NCBI GenBank assembly: GCA_043827405.1 | Contig: JBDRPD010000013.1 | Location: 1 to 64,000 of the forward strand | Direction of reading: 5' to 3' | Length of the DNA: 64,000 nt | Origin: Elusimicrobiota bacterium | Lineage (GTDB): Bacteria; Elusimicrobiota; Elusimicrobia; UBA1565 | Part shown: piece by piece, positions 50,119-64,000 of the stretch | Layout: the number at the start of each line of letters is the position of its first letter | Numbering within the stretch: the stretch's first letter is position 1 | The notes under the pieces: generated by a model | What the model was told of the DNA's origin: nothing | The model's database searches: none | Seen by the model: the letters and a program-made list of their open reading frames with translations, nothing else | Translations under genes and position numbers: made by a program

Positions 50119-50518
50119 CGCGCGCGGTCCATATGCCGTTCTTGCGGCTGACCGCCAGCCCGTGGTAAGTGGCGGCCTTAATCTCGACGGCGAGCGGCGT
50201 CCGGCTCGACAGCTTGCGGCCGGCGCAGCGCGCGTGGAGCTCGGTCTTTCCGGCCTCGTCGAATAAAATTTCCAACGGCACCCACCGTTCGGTATTCACG
50301 TAGTAAATCAGCTCGTTGAGCCAATCCACGAGCAGCTCTTCCGGGGTCGCGGTCTCAAGAACGATAACCGCGCTTTGCTTCGACGGCCCGCGCAGCGCGC
50401 CGACTCCGAGGATATCCAGCAGGCCGCGGGCGGCGTTGTTATAAAACGTCTTAAAAGTCCGGCCCTTGATCTGCAGCCCGACCTCGGACGTATGCGGAAG
50501 GATGCGGTATCCTTCCAT
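50102..50518 (-). CDS. Archease
   Basis: [26 protein letters not shown]-terminal ILDV. Confidence 0.9.
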   Translation of the reverse strand: MEGYRILPHTSEVGLQIKGRTFKTFYNNAARGLLDILGVGALRGPSKQSAVIVLETATPEELLVDWLNELIYYVNTERWVPLEILFDEAGKTELHARCAGRKLSSRTPLAVEIKAATYHGLAVSRKNGIWTARVILDV

Positions 50519-50522
50519 GCCG

Positions 50523-53033
<2,511 letters not shown>

Positions 53034-53040
53034 ACAGCCT

Positions 53041-55641
<2,601 letters not shown>

Positions 55642-55938
55642 TTATCCGTTCATCGTCCGGACCCCTTTGATCCAGGAACGCTTAAAATATTTATTAAGAC
55701 TCTTAACCAGCTGCATGCCGCGCATCTGGAGCTCATGCGCCGCCGCGGGCGAGCGCACCTTGACGCACAAAACGCCGCGCCGTATCCCGATCAGGTTCCA
55801 CTGCCGGGAGAACATTCCGACTTCATTCTCCCACACTTGGTTAAGAATAAGCATGCGCTCCGATTCGAGGCCGGAACGCCGGGTCCACGCACCGAGGATA
55901 TCCCCGGCTTTCGCCATGCGGGGCTTTCGGCCGTCCAT
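55642..55938 (-). CDS. dciA: DUF721 / DciA helicase-loader-like protein
   Basis: W...VG...GVLCVKVRSPAAAHEL; position between dnaN and gyrB. Confidence 0.75.
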   Translation of the reverse strand: MDGRKPRMAKAGDILGAWTRRSGLESERMLILNQVWENEVGMFSRQWNLIGIRRGVLCVKVRSPAAAHELQMRGMQLVKSLNKYFKRSWIKGVRTMNG

Positions 55939-55940
55939 TC

Positions 55941-57044
55941 TTACGCGCGCATCGGCATGACGACGTATTTATACCCTTCCGCGTTCTCCTGCTCTATCAG
56001 AACGGGGTTAACGGGCGTCGTCAGGCTGATAATGACCTTTTCCGACCCCATCGCCTTTAATCCATCCAGGATATAGCTCGGGTTAAACGCGATCACAAAA
56101 TCATTGCCTTTGTATTCCGCCGGCAGCTCATCCTCGAACTCCAGGGTCTGACTGGAGGCGGAGACATTAAGCGCCCCCTTCTTCAGTTTAAACTTGATGG
56201 AACCGCCGCGGTCGGTAATGCAGAGCGATGCCTGCTTTGTTATCGTCATCAAGTCTTTGGTATTGAATTCGACCTGGATATCCTTCTTCGTCGGGATAAC
56301 CTGTTCATAGTTGGGGAAGCTTCCTTCCACCAGCCGGGAAAGCATGGTCGTCGTATGGGTCTGAAACGCTACCTGGTTTTCCGTAATGCCGACAAGAATA
56401 TCCTCTTTCTCATCACCGGCGCTCATCATCCGCAGATACTCGTGCAGAATTTTGGTCGGGATGATGGCGCGAAACTCCTTATCCTTCGGCAGAATATTCC
56501 GCTTCACCGCTGCGAGCCGGCGCCCATCGGTCGCGACCATCTCCAACGCACCGCCGGAAGCCGCCCAGAACACCCCGTTGAGCACATAGCGGGTTTCATC
56601 CGACGATGCGGCAAAGGCGGTACGGCGAATCATATCCCCCAGTTCGCCGAGGGCCACCGTAAAGGCTTTTTTCTTATCGAAATCAGGAATAATGGGATAC
56701 TCGGACTTCGGCGTACCGTTAATGATAAAGCGCGAGCGCCCGCACTTAATGAGCACGCGGTTCTCTTCGCTCATGGATAGAAAAATATCCTTCTCATCGG
56801 GCAGTGTGCGCAGGATATCTGAAAACTTCTTCGCGGGGATGGTTATACTTCCTTCCGTTTCTATATCCGCGTTCAAATAGTGCTTAACGCCCATCTGCAG
56901 ATCGGTGGAAACCAGTTTCAGCTTGGAGTTTTCCGTTTCCATCAGGAAGTTCAGCAGTATCGGCAGGGTCGTACGGCCCGACAAGGCACTCTGGATGGTT
57001 TGCACGCCCTTTAACAGTTCTTCTGTCCGACAATTGATTTTCAT
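55941..57044 (-). CDS. dnaN: DNA polymerase III beta clamp
   Basis: TLPIL, STDL, ETRYVLNG, ATDGRRLA, FPNYEQVIP, VVMPMR. Confidence 0.97.
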   Translation of the reverse strand: MKINCRTEELLKGVQTIQSALSGRTTLPILLNFLMETENSKLKLVSTDLQMGVKHYLNADIETEGSITIPAKKFSDILRTLPDEKDIFLSMSEENRVLIKCGRSRFIINGTPKSEYPIIPDFDKKKAFTVALGELGDMIRRTAFAASSDETRYVLNGVFWAASGGALEMVATDGRRLAAVKRNILPKDKEFRAIIPTKILHEYLRMMSAGDEKEDILVGITENQVAFQTHTTTMLSRLVEGSFPNYEQVIPTKKDIQVEFNTKDLMTITKQASLCITDRGGSIKFKLKKGALNVSASSQTLEFEDELPAEYKGNDFVIAFNPSYILDGLKAMGSEKVIISLTTPVNPVLIEQENAEGYKYVVMPMRA

Positions 57045-57078
57045 ATTTAATCATCCTCTTCATCCAAGGATAATTGGA

Positions 57079-57209
57079 TGTGGATAAAGCTCTAAAGTCT
57101 AATTTTATAAATCGCTTTTTTCGGCGCCGCCAAGTTGAAGTTATCCATCTTATGCACAAGGCGTTGGGTTATACCCAAAAACAGCCTTCCGCCTCACTGG
57201 TTTTCCACA
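57079..57209. promoter_or_regulatory. DnaA box cluster between dnaA and dnaN (part of oriC)
   Basis: TGTGGATAA 57079-87 (perfect), TTATGCACA 57150-58, TTATCCATC 57141-49, TTATACCCA 57169-77, TTTTCCACA 57201-09; AT-rich. Confidence 0.75.
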
Positions 57210-58546
57210 GAGCGTATATGTTCCGTCAGCTTGTTAACGTTCTCGACAAAAAACGGATCGCTGCCCAGCATCTTTTTTATCTTCTCGCGGGCATGAATAA
57301 CGGTGGTATGATCCCGCCCGCCGAAGGCCTTGCCGATCTCCGTTGTCGACATGTCGGTCAGCGTGCAAGTCAAATACATCGCCAACTGGCGGGGAAAAGC
57401 GATTTCATTGGTGCGTGAGCGGGACTTCAGCATCTTTAAATCGATTGAATATTTATCGCAAACTTCGCGTTGGATCGTTTCCAGCCGGATGACGGGCTCC
57501 GGATCGACGCCGATGGAATCCTTCAGCAGTTCCTTGGCGGTATCGACCGTCAAGGGATTACCCGTCAACGAGGCAAAGGCGCTAAGCCGGATGAGAGCGC
57601 CTTCCAGCGCGCGGATATTGGATTTTATCACCGTGGCGACAAATAAAATAATATCGTCTGGAACAAAAACCTTTTCCGATTCAGCCTTTTTCCGCAGGAT
57701 GGCTATCCGCGTCTCGAGGTCGGGGGCCTTGATATCGGAGACGACGCCCCATTCCAGTCGAGAGATGAGACGCTGTTCGGACGGCGCCATTTCTTTGGGC
57801 GCCCGGTCCGAAGCGATGACGATCTGTTTGCGGGAATCGAACAGCGAATTAAAGGTATAGAAGAACTCTTCTTCGCTGCGGCCCTTGCCGATCAGGAACT
57901 GAATATCGTCGATCAACAAACAGTCGAGGTGGCGGTATTTGCCGCGGAACTCCTCAGGTTTGTTGTAGCGCAGAGAGTCTATGTACTCGTTGACGAACTG
58001 TTCCGAGGTGGTATAGAGGACGCGCGAATGCGGCTGGCTTTTTCGCAGCTGATGGCCGATAGCGTGCATTAGGTGGGTCTTCCCGAGCCCGACACCGCCG
58101 TAAATGAAAAAGGGGTTGAACTGCCGGCCCGGGTTTTTAGCGATGGCTTCCGCGGTCGCATGCGCGAAACGGCTGGAAGGTCCGACGACAAATGATGCGA
58201 ACGTGTAGCGCGGGTTCAGCTCGCTCAGCGTGAATTCGGTTTGCGGCCGCGCTTCCGGCAGGGGATCCGCTTGCGGCAGAATACTGCTGAGATCTTTTTC
58301 TATATCGTAATCGATGCCGATCGATTTCCCGGTTATTACTTTCAAAGACGCTTCAATTTTCGGCTGATAATGATCCTTGATCCATTCAGCAAAAAACTTG
58401 TTGGGGACCTTCAAAATCAATCGCTGTTTGTCCAGGCTCATGGCTCGAACGGGCTTCAGCCAAAGCTCGACATTGTCATCGCCGATGTCGCTTCTGAGAG
58501 CCGCAACGACTTCGCTCCAGATGTCGGCTGCTGTATTATTGTTCAC
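57194..58546 (-). CDS. dnaA: Chromosomal replication initiator DnaA
   Basis: YGGVGLGKTHL, LLIDDIQF, NIRALEGAL, RQLAMYL, FGGRDHTTV. Confidence 0.97.
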   Translation of the reverse strand: MNNNTAADIWSEVVAALRSDIGDDNVELWLKPVRAMSLDKQRLILKVPNKFFAEWIKDHYQPKIEASLKVITGKSIGIDYDIEKDLSSILPQADPLPEARPQTEFTLSELNPRYTFASFVVGPSSRFAHATAEAIAKNPGRQFNPFFIYGGVGLGKTHLMHAIGHQLRKSQPHSRVLYTTSEQFVNEYIDSLRYNKPEEFRGKYRHLDCLLIDDIQFLIGKGRSEEEFFYTFNSLFDSRKQIVIASDRAPKEMAPSEQRLISRLEWGVVSDIKAPDLETRIAILRKKAESEKVFVPDDIILFVATVIKSNIRALEGALIRLSAFASLTGNPLTVDTAKELLKDSIGVDPEPVIRLETIQREVCDKYSIDLKMLKSRSRTNEIAFPRQLAMYLTCTLTDMSTTEIGKAFGGRDHTTVIHAREKIKKMLGSDPFFVENVNKLTEHIRSVENQ

Positions 58547-58549
58547 AGG

Positions 58550-58696
58550 TTATCCACAAGTGGGGATAAGTTAAAATATAACTATAAATAAAGAGTTTAT
58601 TAAAGTAATTTAAGGACCATTTCGGCAATTATGAATAATGATTGCGCAAAGAGCCGAACTTATAGATATCCTATTTAATTTTCAATATAAAGTCAA
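58550..58696 (-). promoter_or_regulatory. dnaA promoter, DnaA boxes and AT-rich tract (part of oriC)
   Basis: TTATCCACA 58550-58, TTATCCCCA on minus at 58561-69; minus-strand TTGACT-17-TAGGAT (58696-58668). Confidence 0.7.
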
Positions 58697-58712
58697 TGAG
58701 ATGAGGGTGTTA

Positions 58713-58741
58713 TTGACAGCCTTTCGGCAAAGAGCTAAACT
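58713..58741 (+). promoter_or_regulatory. Sigma70 promoter for the hpf-PTS operon
   Basis: TTGACA-17-TAAACT, followed by RBS AAGGAG. Confidence 0.75.
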
Positions 58742-58766
58742 TGCTCTCTAAGGAGCGTTATCAGCC

Positions 58767-59300
58767 ATGAAAATACATGTCACAGGCCGCCGAATAAGTC
58801 TTACCCCGGCAATTAGGTCCTATATAGAAAAAAAGCTGCCCAAGGCGCAAAAATACTTTAAACAGATTGTCTGGGCACAGGTAATGATCGCGGTAGAGAA
58901 ACGCGCGCATCAATGTGAAATCGTTATCCATGCGTCGAAGCAGACTTTCCGCGCGATGGCAAAATCCGCCAACCTGTACGCGGCCATCGATCTGGCATCG
59001 GACAAGATCGACACGCAGCTGCGCAAGTACAAAGAACGGCTGAAGGATCGTGATAAGTGGCTGCCGTCTCCGGAGGACATCGTCCCCGATGAGCCGGAGC
59101 TGTCTGCTGTGCGATTTTCCGTCGTTAAGCAGCTTTCGATGACGCCGATGTCTCCTGAGCGCGCGGCGCAGGAGATGGAGACCATGGGTTATAATTTTTG
59201 GATGTTCAAGAACGATAAATCCCGCCAGGTTAATGTGCTCTTCCGCCGGCTCGACGACAGCTTCGGCCTGCTCGAGCCCGAGAAGAAGGGCTCGCGATAG
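58767..59300 (+). CDS. hpf: Ribosome hibernation promoting factor (long HPF/RaiA)
   Basis: LTPAIRSYIEKK, LYAAID...KIDTQLRKYK, C-terminal PMSPERA..M...VNVLFRR. Confidence 0.92.
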   Translation: MKIHVTGRRISLTPAIRSYIEKKLPKAQKYFKQIVWAQVMIAVEKRAHQCEIVIHASKQTFRAMAKSANLYAAIDLASDKIDTQLRKYKERLKDRDKWLPSPEDIVPDEPELSAVRFSVVKQLSMTPMSPERAAQEMETMGYNFWMFKNDKSRQVNVLFRRLDDSFGLLEPEKKGSR

Positions 59301-59316
59301 TCGCCAGCGCCCATAA

Positions 59317-60267
59317 ATGATAAACCTCACCGTCGGCGATCTGCTCAAAGAGCAGCGCGATCGGTTGAGACTCAGCCTGGTGACGGGGGCGAAGTCGCTC
59401 GACCGTCTTATCACCACTCCCGAGGTGAACCGCCCCGGGCTGACGCTCGCCGGCTATCCCGCGCATTTCCGGGCGGAGCGCATTCAGATTATCGGCTGGG
59501 GCGAGCATGCCTACTGCCGCAAGGCGCCGCCGTCGAGTCTGGAGCGCAACCTCAAGAACATGATCTCCAAACCGGAGACCCCCTGTCTCGTCATTACCCG
59601 GAACCTCTCCGCCCCCAAATCGCTTATTGACGCCTGCAAGAAGTTTAATGTTCCGCTGCTGCGCACGCGCCTGGATACGGCGGACTTTATCGGCGAGCTC
59701 AATGCGCTGCTGGGTGATCTCCTGGCGCCCATGGTTCGCATGCATGGGGTGCTGGTGGACGTTTACGGCCTCGGGGTACTGATCGTCGGTGAAGCGGGTA
59801 TCGGCAAATCCGAGTGCGCGCTGGAGCTGATCAAGCGCGGGCATATTCTGGTTTCGGACGATATGGTTGAAATCCACCAGCGGCACGGCGATATCCTGAT
59901 CGGGGATTGCCCGGAAAACCTCGAGCACCACATGGAGGTGCGCGGGCTGGGTATTATCGATGTAAAACTGCTCTTCGGCGTCGGCGCCACGATCAACAGC
60001 ACCCGCATCGGTTTTATCGTGCAGCTGGAGGCGTGGAACCCCAGCGCCGAATACGAGCGCGTCGGCCTGGATCAAAAGACCATGCGCATTTTGGACGTGG
60101 AAGTGCCGATGATCCGGATTCCCGTGCGGCCGGGGCGAAATCTGGCGGTGCTGATCGAAGTCGCGGCGCTGCATCAGCGCCTGCGCCTGCAGGGTTATTC
60201 CACGGCGGAGGTGTTTAATCGCGCCATTCTGGCGAAGACGGCGCACCGGGAAAAACGCGGGAGATGA
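59317..60267 (+). CDS. hprK: HPr kinase/phosphorylase
   Basis: NRPGLTLAG, HGVLVDVYGLG, GIGKSECALELIKRGHILVSDD, PGRNLA. Confidence 0.95.
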   Translation: MINLTVGDLLKEQRDRLRLSLVTGAKSLDRLITTPEVNRPGLTLAGYPAHFRAERIQIIGWGEHAYCRKAPPSSLERNLKNMISKPETPCLVITRNLSAPKSLIDACKKFNVPLLRTRLDTADFIGELNALLGDLLAPMVRMHGVLVDVYGLGVLIVGEAGIGKSECALELIKRGHILVSDDMVEIHQRHGDILIGDCPENLEHHMEVRGLGIIDVKLLFGVGATINSTRIGFIVQLEAWNPSAEYERVGLDQKTMRILDVEVPMIRIPVRPGRNLAVLIEVAALHQRLRLQGYSTAEVFNRAILAKTAHREKRGR

Positions 60268-61115
60268 AAAAGCGGGTTCTCTACATCATTACGGGGATTT
60301 CCGGCGCGGGCAAAAGTCAGGCGCTGAAAGTGTTTGAGGATTTCGGCTTCTTTTGCGTGGATAATCTTCCCGTAGTGCTCAGCGACAGCTTTTCCGACCT
60401 GTTAATGAAGTCGCCGCAGCGCCGCAAGGTCGCTCTTGGAATCGACATCCGCGGCGGCGAGTATCTGAAAAGCTTCGCCGAGTCGATCTCCAAACTGCGC
60501 GCGCGCGGCTGGAATTGCCGGGTGCTGTTTGTCGACGCGTCGGACAAGGTCGTTTTGCAGCGCTTTTCCGAGACCCGGCACCGCCACCCGCTGGGCAATA
60601 ATCTGCAGCAGGCTATCCGGCGGGAGCGGCGGGACCTCTTGAATATTAAGGCGCTCGCCGACAAGATCATCGATACCAGCCAGTTGACGCTCGGCGAGCT
60701 GAAGGAAAAAATATCCGCCGCGATGGAGATGAAGCGCACGCAGGAGATGATCCTCTCTGTCGTTTCTTTCGGGTACAAGCATGGCCTGCCGCTGGATGCG
60801 GATTTGGTCATGGATGTGCGCTTTATGCCGAATCCAAATTATCAGCCCGCCTTAAAGAACAAGACGGGCCTCGACCGCCCGGTGCAGACGTACATCCGGC
60901 GCCAGCCGCACGCCAAGGAATTTCTCAGGCAGTTTGGACGGCTGGTCCGCTCGTTGCTGCCGCACTATATTCGGGAAGGGAAGTCCTACTTGACTATCGC
61001 GATCGGTTGTACGGGCGGGCGGCATCGCAGCGTTTACATCGCGCGCGCGATATATCGCGAGCTGAAGGACAGCGGGTACCGGGTGAAAGAGTATCATAGG
61101 GACTTGGACCGATGA
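60264..61115 (+). CDS. rapZ: RNase adapter RapZ (YvcJ)
   Basis: GISGAGKS, CVDNLP, ETRHRHP, SFGYKHG, DVRFMPNP, GCTGGRHRSV. Confidence 0.93.
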   Translation: MKKRVLYIITGISGAGKSQALKVFEDFGFFCVDNLPVVLSDSFSDLLMKSPQRRKVALGIDIRGGEYLKSFAESISKLRARGWNCRVLFVDASDKVVLQRFSETRHRHPLGNNLQQAIRRERRDLLNIKALADKIIDTSQLTLGELKEKISAAMEMKRTQEMILSVVSFGYKHGLPLDADLVMDVRFMPNPNYQPALKNKTGLDRPVQTYIRRQPHAKEFLRQFGRLVRSLLPHYIREGKSYLTIAIGCTGGRHRSVYIARAIYRELKDSGYRVKEYHRDLDR

Positions 61116-61522
61116 TTAATTTGATTATCGTGACGCACGGAGAATTCGGCGCCTATCTCGTAGAGGCCGCCGAGGGCGTCGTCGGCGGACAGGAATCCGG
61201 CATCGCGTCCATCGGCATCTCCTCCCGGGTGACGGTTGATGAGGTGAGCCGCCGGCTGAAGTGTGCGCTGCGTGAAATGACCGGCAGCGGCGGCATTATC
61301 ATCATGACGGATATGCCCGGCGGCACGCCGTGCAATGTCACGCTGCCGCTGGTGCGCGAGAGAGATGACGTCCGGGTAATAAGCGGCGTGAACCTGTATA
61401 TGCTGGTGACGGCGTTCAACTCCAGGAAGACCCTGTCTTTGGCCGCGCTGGCGGAAAAGCTGATTGTCGCGGGAAAGCGCTCCGTGGCGGATCTCAATTC
61501 TCTGCTGGCGGCCGGCAAATGA
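61112..61522 (+). CDS. PTS mannose-family IIA
   Basis: IVTHG, TDMPGGTPCN, GVNL. Confidence 0.9.
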   Translation: MINLIIVTHGEFGAYLVEAAEGVVGGQESGIASIGISSRVTVDEVSRRLKCALREMTGSGGIIIMTDMPGGTPCNVTLPLVRERDDVRVISGVNLYMLVTAFNSRKTLSLAALAEKLIVAGKRSVADLNSLLAAGK

Positions 61523-62001
61523 TCGTACTGGTGCGCATCGATGACCGGCTGGTGCACGGGCAGGTTGTTGAGGGCTGGCTTCCCGCATTAGGCGCGGACG
61601 CCATTCTTGTCGTGTCCGATCAGGCGGCGAGCGATCCGCTGCAGACTTCTTTGATGCGGCTGGCGCTGCCGGAAGGCGTCGCGCTTGAGATTTGCTCCGT
61701 GCCGGCGGCGACGGAGGCCTACGCCGCCGCGATGCGCGGCGGCGGAAACACCGTTGTTCTGGTGCCCGGTCCGGCCGAAGCGCTGGCCATGGTCGAGGCG
61801 GGAGCCGAGATCCGTGAGATCAACGTGGGCGGACTGCATTTTGCCGCCGGCCGCGTGCAGCTGGGTAAAGCGATCTTCCTGAGCGAGGAGGATGCCCGGT
61901 CTCTGCGCAGCCTGGTCGAGCGGGGCGTCCGGCTGGAGGGGCGCGCGGTACCGACCGACCGCGCGGCCGATGTGGCGGAGATGATCGAGGAACGGCTGTA
62001 G
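61519..62001 (+). CDS. PTS mannose-family IIB
   Basis: RIDDRLVHGQV, INVGG, VP. Confidence 0.92.
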   Translation: MIVLVRIDDRLVHGQVVEGWLPALGADAILVVSDQAASDPLQTSLMRLALPEGVALEICSVPAATEAYAAAMRGGGNTVVLVPGPAEALAMVEAGAEIREINVGGLHFAAGRVQLGKAIFLSEEDARSLRSLVERGVRLEGRAVPTDRAADVAEMIEERL

Positions 62002-62006
62002 CTTAG

Positions 62007-62630
62007 ATGAGCGAATGGCACTTTATTCTGCTGCCGATGATGAGCGGGTGGGTGGCGCTGCTGGAGCTGGACGCGGTGTATGTCGGTCAGTGGATGCTGT
62101 CGCGGCCGCTTTTTGTCGGACCGCTCTTGGGCCTGATCTGCGGCCAGCTGCCTTTGGGCTTGTCGGTCGGCGCGCTGTTCGAGTTGTTCGCCCTGGAGGC
62201 GCTGCCGGTGGGGACGGTCATTCCCATCAACGGGGCGGTTGCGGCCGGCTGTGCGGTTCTGATGTCCGCCGGCCCCAACGCCGTTCCGGTCGCCGTGGCC
62301 TTTCCCGCCGCCGTGGGTATCGGCGCGGGGCACCGGTGGATGGAGAGCCGGGTCCGGCAATGGCGCGGAGCGCTCGGCCTGCGGGCGCTGCAGTCGCTGG
62401 AAGAAGACGACCGGGTGGATTGGGAAGACGTGCTGCTTTGGGGGCTTGGTCCGTATGCCGCACTGACGGCGTTATGGGTCTATCTGGCGGTCGCCCTGCT
62501 GGGTCCGATATTAGTGCTGCTCTGGGGCGCGGCGCCGCTGTTTCTGCGCGAGGGTTTGGATTTTGGGTTTCGGGCCGCCGCGGGCATCGGGCTGGGCGTA
62601 TTGACGCACGCGCTTTTGAGGAAGAGCTAG
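62007..62630 (+). CDS. PTS mannose-family IIC
   Basis: SRPLFVGPLLG, GALFEL, PVG..IP. Confidence 0.82.
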   Translation: MSEWHFILLPMMSGWVALLELDAVYVGQWMLSRPLFVGPLLGLICGQLPLGLSVGALFELFALEALPVGTVIPINGAVAAGCAVLMSAGPNAVPVAVAFPAAVGIGAGHRWMESRVRQWRGALGLRALQSLEEDDRVDWEDVLLWGLGPYAALTALWVYLAVALLGPILVLLWGAAPLFLREGLDFGFRAAAGIGLGVLTHALLRKS

Positions 62631-63401
62631 GTGGATAAGGATATGCAGGCCGCGGTATTTTCCCGCTCGCTTCTGCTGCAGGCGGGCTGGAGCTATGAGG
62701 GGATGCAGAACCTCGGTTTTGTTATGGCTTTGGATCCATGGCTGCGGCGCCTGTACCGGGAGCCTGAGGAGTACCGGCGAGCGGTCCGCCGTCATCTGGG
62801 CTATTTTAATACGCATCCGTATATGGTCGGCATCGTGCTCGGCGCCGTCGGCAAGCTGGAAGAGCGGCGCTGCGAAACCGCGGAGGAATCGCGCGACGAG
62901 CTCGACCGGCGTATCGACCAAATGAAAAAATCATTATCGGCGGCCCTGGCGGCGGTCGGTGATTCGTTTTTTTGGGGGGCACTGAGGCCGGCATGCGCCG
63001 CCTGGACGGTGCTGCTCTGGCTGGTGCTGTGGACGTACCGGGTGCCGCATGCGGCCTTTTGGAGCGCCGTGTTTTATTTGACGGTTTTCAATACGCCGGC
63101 GCTCTGGGCGCGCTGGCGCGGCATTCGTTTGGGCTACGGCGAACCGGAAGGAATCGTCGCGAAACTGGAAGGCCTGCGCTGGCAGCGAAAAGCGCGATGG
63201 CTGCGCCGGGCGGGATTGCTGGCGGTGGCGCTGATCCTCGCCGCGTCATGGCTCGTTCCGCCGTGGGGCGGCGCGGTGAGCTGGGTCGGCGCCGGTGTTT
63301 TCGGCGCGGCGCTCTGGCTGCGCACCATGGGTGCGACGGGGGTGACGATATATGCGGGCGCGGTGGTTCTGGGCTGCCTCGCGGCGCTGGCGGGTCTATG
63401 A
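62631..63401 (+). CDS. PTS mannose-family IID
   Basis: QAGWSYEGMQNLGF, YFNTHPY, AVGDSFFWG. Confidence 0.9.
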   Translation: MDKDMQAAVFSRSLLLQAGWSYEGMQNLGFVMALDPWLRRLYREPEEYRRAVRRHLGYFNTHPYMVGIVLGAVGKLEERRCETAEESRDELDRRIDQMKKSLSAALAAVGDSFFWGALRPACAAWTVLLWLVLWTYRVPHAAFWSAVFYLTVFNTPALWARWRGIRLGYGEPEGIVAKLEGLRWQRKARWLRRAGLLAVALILAASWLVPPWGGAVSWVGAGVFGAALWLRTMGATGVTIYAGAVVLGCLAALAGL

Positions 63402-63676
63402 TAGAGCAGGAATTTACCGTCGAGAATCGGCTCGGACTGCACGCGCGGCCCGCGGCGCTGTTTGTCCGCGCGGCGTCTAAATTCCGCTGCCAGGTGAAGG
63501 TCACTAAAAATGTCGACGGCGACAAGATTGAAGTCAATGGCAAGAGCGTGATGGGCATCCTGATGCTTGCGGTCGCATATGGCGAGCGCGTCAGCGTCGT
63601 TCTCGACGGTCCGGATGAGCAGGAAGCGCTGCGCGCGTTTGGGGACTTATTCGCGGAGAAATTTAGTGAGGAATAG
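63398..63676 (+). CDS. ptsH: Phosphocarrier protein HPr
   Basis: GLHARPAA (His15), GKSVMG (Ser46). Confidence 0.93.
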   Translation: MIEQEFTVENRLGLHARPAALFVRAASKFRCQVKVTKNVDGDKIEVNGKSVMGILMLAVAYGERVSVVLDGPDEQEALRAFGDLFAEKFSEE

Positions 63677-63685
63677 CGGCCAGGC

Positions 63686-64000
63686 ATGATTGTCATTAAA
63701 GGCATAGCGGCCAGCCCCGGAATAGCGATCGGGAAAGCGTATGCCGTTGAAAATGAAGAGATCGTGATCAATCGCGTCGAGCTCGCTGACGACGATAAGG
63801 TCAAGGACGAGGTTCGGCGGTTTAAGACGGCCCTGGAGGCAACGCATAAAGATTTGGATGCGGTGGAGGAGCGGGCGCTTAAGACCCTGGGCAAGGAGCA
63901 TGCGCGGCTCATTGATACCCACCGCTATATCCTGCGCGATCCGCTGATCACCAAAGACGTTACCAAGCGCATTCAGGAAGAGCGCGTCAACGCGGAGTTC
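63686..64000 (+). CDS. ptsI: PTS enzyme I, 5' part (truncated by the window end)
   Basis: IKGIAASPGIAIGKA, EVRRF, H..IL.DP; follows ptsH. Confidence 0.88.
   Translation, partial: MIVIKGIAASPGIAIGKAYAVENEEIVINRVELADDDKVKDEVRRFKTALEATHKDLDAVEERALKTLGKEHARLIDTHRYILRDPLITKDVTKRIQEERVNAEF

Overview
High-GC bacterial chromosomal window spanning the replication origin: dnaA-dnaN-DUF721/dciA-gyrB-gyrA-archease-(inverted cyclophilin)-rtcB-hyp-serS on the minus strand, divergent from hpf-hprK-rapZ-PTS(Man IIA-D)-ptsH-ptsI. parAB and two parS-like sites lie about 45 kb away. The gene content suggests an uncultured anaerobe, possibly Elusimicrobiota; this is inference only. Other content: polyamine genes (speA, speB, deoxyhypusine-synthase-like), a 'mobile mystery protein A/B' HTH-Fic pair with three phased palindromic operators, an eroded sugar-activation/glycosylation cluster with G-tracts, a 1.9 kb islet (GNAT-like gene + CBS histidine kinase) flanked by a 16-bp direct repeat, a group 3b NiFe hydrogenase operon, a Fur-porin-FMN-binding module and a GlpA-like oxidoreductase trio. 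The best candidate for an undescribed system is an ECF sigma / zf-HC2 anti-sigma module controlling TolC, an adaptor-less RND, thioredoxin, DUF2892, DUF302 and a small CxxGxC membrane protein. Its putative target promoter (CTGAATCCTTT-N7-TTCTGCATCyAA) occurs twice in the sequence. At least seven genes have a TAnnnT box exactly 6 nt before the start codon, suggesting widespread leaderless mRNAs. No rRNA, tRNA, CRISPR array or transposase was recognised. All product calls come from motif recognition by eye, not database searches.
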